In this document: positions 60,901 through 64,000 of the stretch, in pieces
Numbering within the stretch: position 1 is the stretch's first letter
How the letters are laid out: each line of letters begins with the position of its first letter
Source of the DNA: an uncultured delta proteobacterium
Lineage (GTDB): Bacteria > Myxococcota_A > Polyangia > Polyangiales > Houyiibacteriaceae
Direction of reading: 5' to 3'
DNA: 64,000 bases
Assembly: GCA_963699755.1 (NCBI GenBank)
Contig: CAVOVB010000003.1
Location: forward strand, 64,001-128,000
Position numbers and translations under genes: made by a program
The notes under the pieces: model-generated
Database searches by the model: none
Seen by the model: the letters and a program-made list of their open reading frames with translations, nothing else
What the model was told of the DNA's origin: nothing

Positions 60901-61623
60901 TCATCGACACTCCTGCGTTCTCTCTTGGGTTGTCCGCCTGTCACAAAGGGACAAGTCTGAGAAGCATATGTAGTACTCAGCCGTAGCACCGCAGATCGGC
61001 GCCGAAGTCGTGTTCCAACCGGATCCCGTGCACAAACCGCCACCGTCGATTTCTGGTGGCCGACAGTTTCCATCTCCGATTCGGGTGTATTTGAGCTCAA
61101 CCTCAGTGTCGCAGTTGAAGTCCCAAGTCCGATCGGACGCTTCGGCAGGTTGAAACGACTCGCCCGGATTCCGCTCTGCCAGAGCATCATTGCAATCCCC
61201 CCCTTTATGAGGGCTCGTTGCGCTGCAGTTGAATGGTGAGTAGCCGTCCTCGTCGGCATCAATGAGCGTGTTCGAGCAGCCGTCTTTGGAGTCGCAGTTA
61301 TCGAACGTGCATGGATCCCCATCGTCACAACCGGCCTCACAAAGGTTGCCACCAAGTCCGCCGGTCCCCGCAGCTCCACCACTGCCCGCAGCTCCGCCAC
61401 TGCCAGCCGCTCCACCGCTACCGGCCGCTCCACCGCTACCGGCCGCTCCGCCACTACCGGCCGCTCCGCCACTACCGGCCGCCCCTTGCCTGCCAGCGAC
61501 GCCTCCGCCACCGCCTGAGCCTCCGGTCCCGGGCTTCATGGTTGCCACCACATCGGAGCAGCTCGCCACCAACGCCAAGCACAGAGCAACGGACGCCCAG
61601 AAGAGCCAAGTCTTCTTCACCAC
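60901..61623 (-). CDS. Gly-linker Cys-rich lipoprotein with DxDxDG metal-binding-like motif
   Basis: GGAGG RBS; lipobox VASC; (GSGGAA)n; DADEDGY...GGDCND...NPG...DFNCD. Confidence 0.75.
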   Translation of the reverse strand: MVKKTWLFWASVALCLALVASCSDVVATMKPGTGGSGGGGGVAGRQGAAGSGGAAGSGGAAGSGGAAGSGGAAGSGGAAGSGGAAGTGGLGGNLCEAGCDDGDPCTFDNCDSKDGCSNTLIDADEDGYSPFNCSATSPHKGGDCNDALAERNPGESFQPAEASDRTWDFNCDTEVELKYTRIGDGNCRPPEIDGGGLCTGSGWNTTSAPICGATAEYYICFSDLSLCDRRTTQERTQECR

Positions 61624-61703
61624 GACCTCCACCATCGCGTCAATAGACACTCAATTTTGCCTGTTTCGTCAAGGGTTACTTTCCCCGGGTCAACGAACAG
61701 GTA

Positions 61704-62079
61704 TGTATGCACCGGCCGGAATAGGTGAGGAAACAGACCGGGTGCATGGGTGACGGCTGCTGGCGTTACTGCGAAAAGCGCGGGCATGCCGTGGGAGAAC
61801 ACCCGCCCCGTGGACCAAAGACTCAAGCTCATCGAAGCGCGCCTGAGCGGCGAGCACACCATGGTCATGCGGTGCCGCATGTTCGGGATCAGCACGAAAA
61901 CCGGATATGAGTGGTGGCATCGGTTCGAGCAGCAAGGTATCCCGGGCGTACTCGACCGAAGTCGAGCGAGCCACAGTCATCCCAGTCCCACAGTCGAAGA
62001 CATGGTCATGCTGGTCATCGGCGCCTGTCGCCACCACCCCACGTGGGAGCCTCGCAAGCTCCGGGCATCGCTACGCTGA
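61704..62079 (+). mobile_element. IS481/IS3-like remnant: probable left end and truncated transposase (ATG 61786)
   Basis: TGTA...CCGGAATAGGTGA end-like sequence; MPW...CRMFGISTKTGYEWWHRF...LDRSR...HPTW..RKL; no DDE domain. Confidence 0.7.
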
Positions 62080-62426
62080 CAGTCGAAGCGAGTCTCGTGG
62101 GAGGATCGTGCTCTGGGAACAACTGGACCAGCAACAGCAAGAACAACGCCGTCCCGGATAGCACTTGCCGCGCGTACCCAGCGGACGTCGTGCAGGGCAA
62201 CAATCCAGCAATCACTGACAGTCCGGTTGCGCTGGACGGGGCGTTGTGTGAGTACGGCGGTTCGACGTTGACGATCAGACCCACGAATCAGGCGATCGAC
62301 CTTGCTCCGGAATCTTTTGCACCTTGCAAGACGACCAACACGGATCAGCGAGGCCTCGGATTCTCGCGCCTGGTCGATAAGCCCTCAGCAAGTGAGTGCA
62401 ACGCCGGGTCCGTCGAGCACGAGTAA
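62080..62426 (+). pseudogene. 3' remnant of a choice-of-anchor Q-type gene
   Basis: L.EYGGSTLT...AID...DQRG...CNAGSVE; no credible start. Confidence 0.55.
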
Positions 62427-62582
62427 GAGCCAGCGACGAGGCCGCGCCGACTTTTGACGCGCTCGTTCGCCTTGAATTCACCAGGCAGGGTCATTGATTG
62501 GCTACGCGCCCAGTGAAATGCGTTGTTGACCAACGACTGACCATTGCAAAGCATCGCGCGAATCTCTACCATCGCCCCCTAA

Positions 62583-63131
62583 ATGGTGATTCCCAGAATT
62601 GTCTTCTGTTTGGCGGCGGTTTGTGTGCTCGCGGCCTGCAACAAGTCCACTGTCTGCACGGTGCCTGAGCCTGCCAATCTATGGGTGCGTGGGTCGGCTG
62701 ACTTGAACCCCGACGCTTCGGGTGATCCCCTGCCGACCCTGGTCCGGGTGTATCAGCTGAGCAATCTCGGCGAGCTCGAGCAGGCTTCGTTCGAGCAGAT
62801 GATGCGGAAGCCGGAGGAAGTGCTTGGCGAGACGCTTCTCGCGACCGAAGAGGTAACCGTCTATCCGGGCCGGTCGACGTTTCGCTCATTCGAGCGTGAC
62901 CCAGGCGCCAACTATGTGATCGGGGTCGCGGTCGTGCGGCAGCCTGGCGGAACGCAATGGCGCGCGGTCTTGCCGATGCCGACCTGTGGCAAGAAGGCAG
63001 GCGCGCGGCCGATGGTGCGCTTCGTCGTCGATGGCTATGCCATTGAAGGCGCGATCGATCGCGAGAGCAGTCCCGAGGGTTGCAAGGACGAAGACATCGA
63101 GTGTCTGCGCGAGCGGGCGGGCGATGAATAA
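62583..63131 (+). CDS. tssJ: T6SS lipoprotein TssJ
   Basis: Lipobox LAAC; LNPD.SG.PLP.LVRVYQL, VYPG, WR. Confidence 0.9.
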   Translation: MVIPRIVFCLAAVCVLAACNKSTVCTVPEPANLWVRGSADLNPDASGDPLPTLVRVYQLSNLGELEQASFEQMMRKPEEVLGETLLATEEVTVYPGRSTFRSFERDPGANYVIGVAVVRQPGGTQWRAVLPMPTCGKKAGARPMVRFVVDGYAIEGAIDRESSPEGCKDEDIECLRERAGDE

Positions 63132-63165
63132 ACGTGCACGGCGTGATGGCTAGGCAGGGCAAGCA

Positions 63166-64000
63166 ATGAAACCGCCGTCGAGAGTGATTTGGAGTGAAGG
63201 GCTGCTGATGACGCCTCAGCACATGCAGCAGCTCGACCGCTTTCACGAGGAGCGTCTGAACGCGCGGCTCGATGCGATCGATCACGAGAGCTGGGGCGTA
63301 CTGGCTTGCGAGCTCGACATGCCGGCGCTCGATTCGGGCATGGTCGCGATTCGGGAGTTCGACGGGGTGCTTCCCGACGGAACCCCCATCGCCTTCGATG
63401 CGACCAGTCGCGAGGCCCCGCCATCGCGCCCTGTCGAGGAACACTTGGCTGCCCATCAAGCGGTCCTCGAGGTCTACATCGGCCTCGCCCGCACACACGA
63501 AGCCCGCAACAACCTGGGCGCCTCCAAGGGGAGCCTCACTCGGTACTTCCCCGTGACCGACCTGATGCACGACCGCTACGGGGAAGCGCAGCCTCAGGAG
63601 GTCGACGTCGCCTGCTCGAACCTTCGAATCCTCTTCGGCGATGAGCCCCGCGAGGACTACAGCACCATCAAAGTCGCTGAAATCCGACGCGCTGCGGACG
63701 GTCGGCTGGTCTTGGCCGACGACTACATCGTCCCCTGCCTCCGGGCGTCCGCCTCGCCCGTGCTCGCGCGCTTGCTCGACGGTTTGCTCACCTCGATGAA
63801 CGCGCGGAGGACGGCGCTGCTCCAAACAGTACGTCAGCGTGATGATTCCACGGTCGAGTTCAACGCGACTGACGTGACCCGCTACTTGCTCCTCGCCACG
63901 ATCAACAGCTACCTCCCGGTCTTGCGGCACGCCGTGGTGGCGGGCGATCTTTCGGCCAAGTCCGTCTACCTGCTACTCTGTGAATTGGCCGGCCAGCTTT
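63166..64000 (+). CDS. tssK: T6SS baseplate TssK (partial, runs off the right edge)
   Basis: Manual translation MKPPSRVIWSEGLLMTPQHMQQLDR...WGV...GVLPDGT...YIVPCL. Confidence 0.92.
   Translation, partial: MKPPSRVIWSEGLLMTPQHMQQLDRFHEERLNARLDAIDHESWGVLACELDMPALDSGMVAIREFDGVLPDGTPIAFDATSREAPPSRPVEEHLAAHQAVLEVYIGLARTHEARNNLGASKGSLTRYFPVTDLMHDRYGEAQPQEVDVACSNLRILFGDEPREDYSTIKVAEIRRAADGRLVLADDYIVPCLRASASPVLARLLDGLLTSMNARRTALLQTVRQRDDSTVEFNATDVTRYLLLATINSYLPVLRHAVVAGDLSAKSVYLLLCELAGQL

Noticed and set aside
61375..61482. 18-bp tandem repeat as a regulatory or phase-variable element
   Set aside because: In-frame coding linker (GSGGAA)n, like the other Gly linkers in this window.

Overview
GC-rich bacterial DNA. 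The gene content (many Cys/Gly-rich lipoproteins, Ser/Thr kinase-PEGA pair, DUF2169/TIGR02270/DUF4150 T6SS module) suggests a myxobacterium; this is inference, not a taxonomic assignment. Three blocks: (1) 1-22 kb, a ROK-regulated beta-glucan utilisation locus (MFS transporter, GH17, GH1, GH149, a GH-A TIM barrel fused to a probable outer-membrane barrel, several lipoproteins). It has four copies of a palindromic operator, a 2-kb duplication and a circularly permuted domain, and no TonB/SusCD pair inside the window. (2) 23-36 kb, oxidoreductase/detox genes. (3) 36-64 kb, a type VI secretion region (orphan short TssC-like gene, hcp, vgrG, adaptors, PAAR-like toxin with SUKH immunity, tssJ, partial tssK). 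It includes three sigma54-type promoters and a 46-50.4 kb patch where RAYT-like transposase remnants and a repeated 20-bp motif bracket lipoprotein genes. Family calls come from motif recognition by eye; no searches were run.
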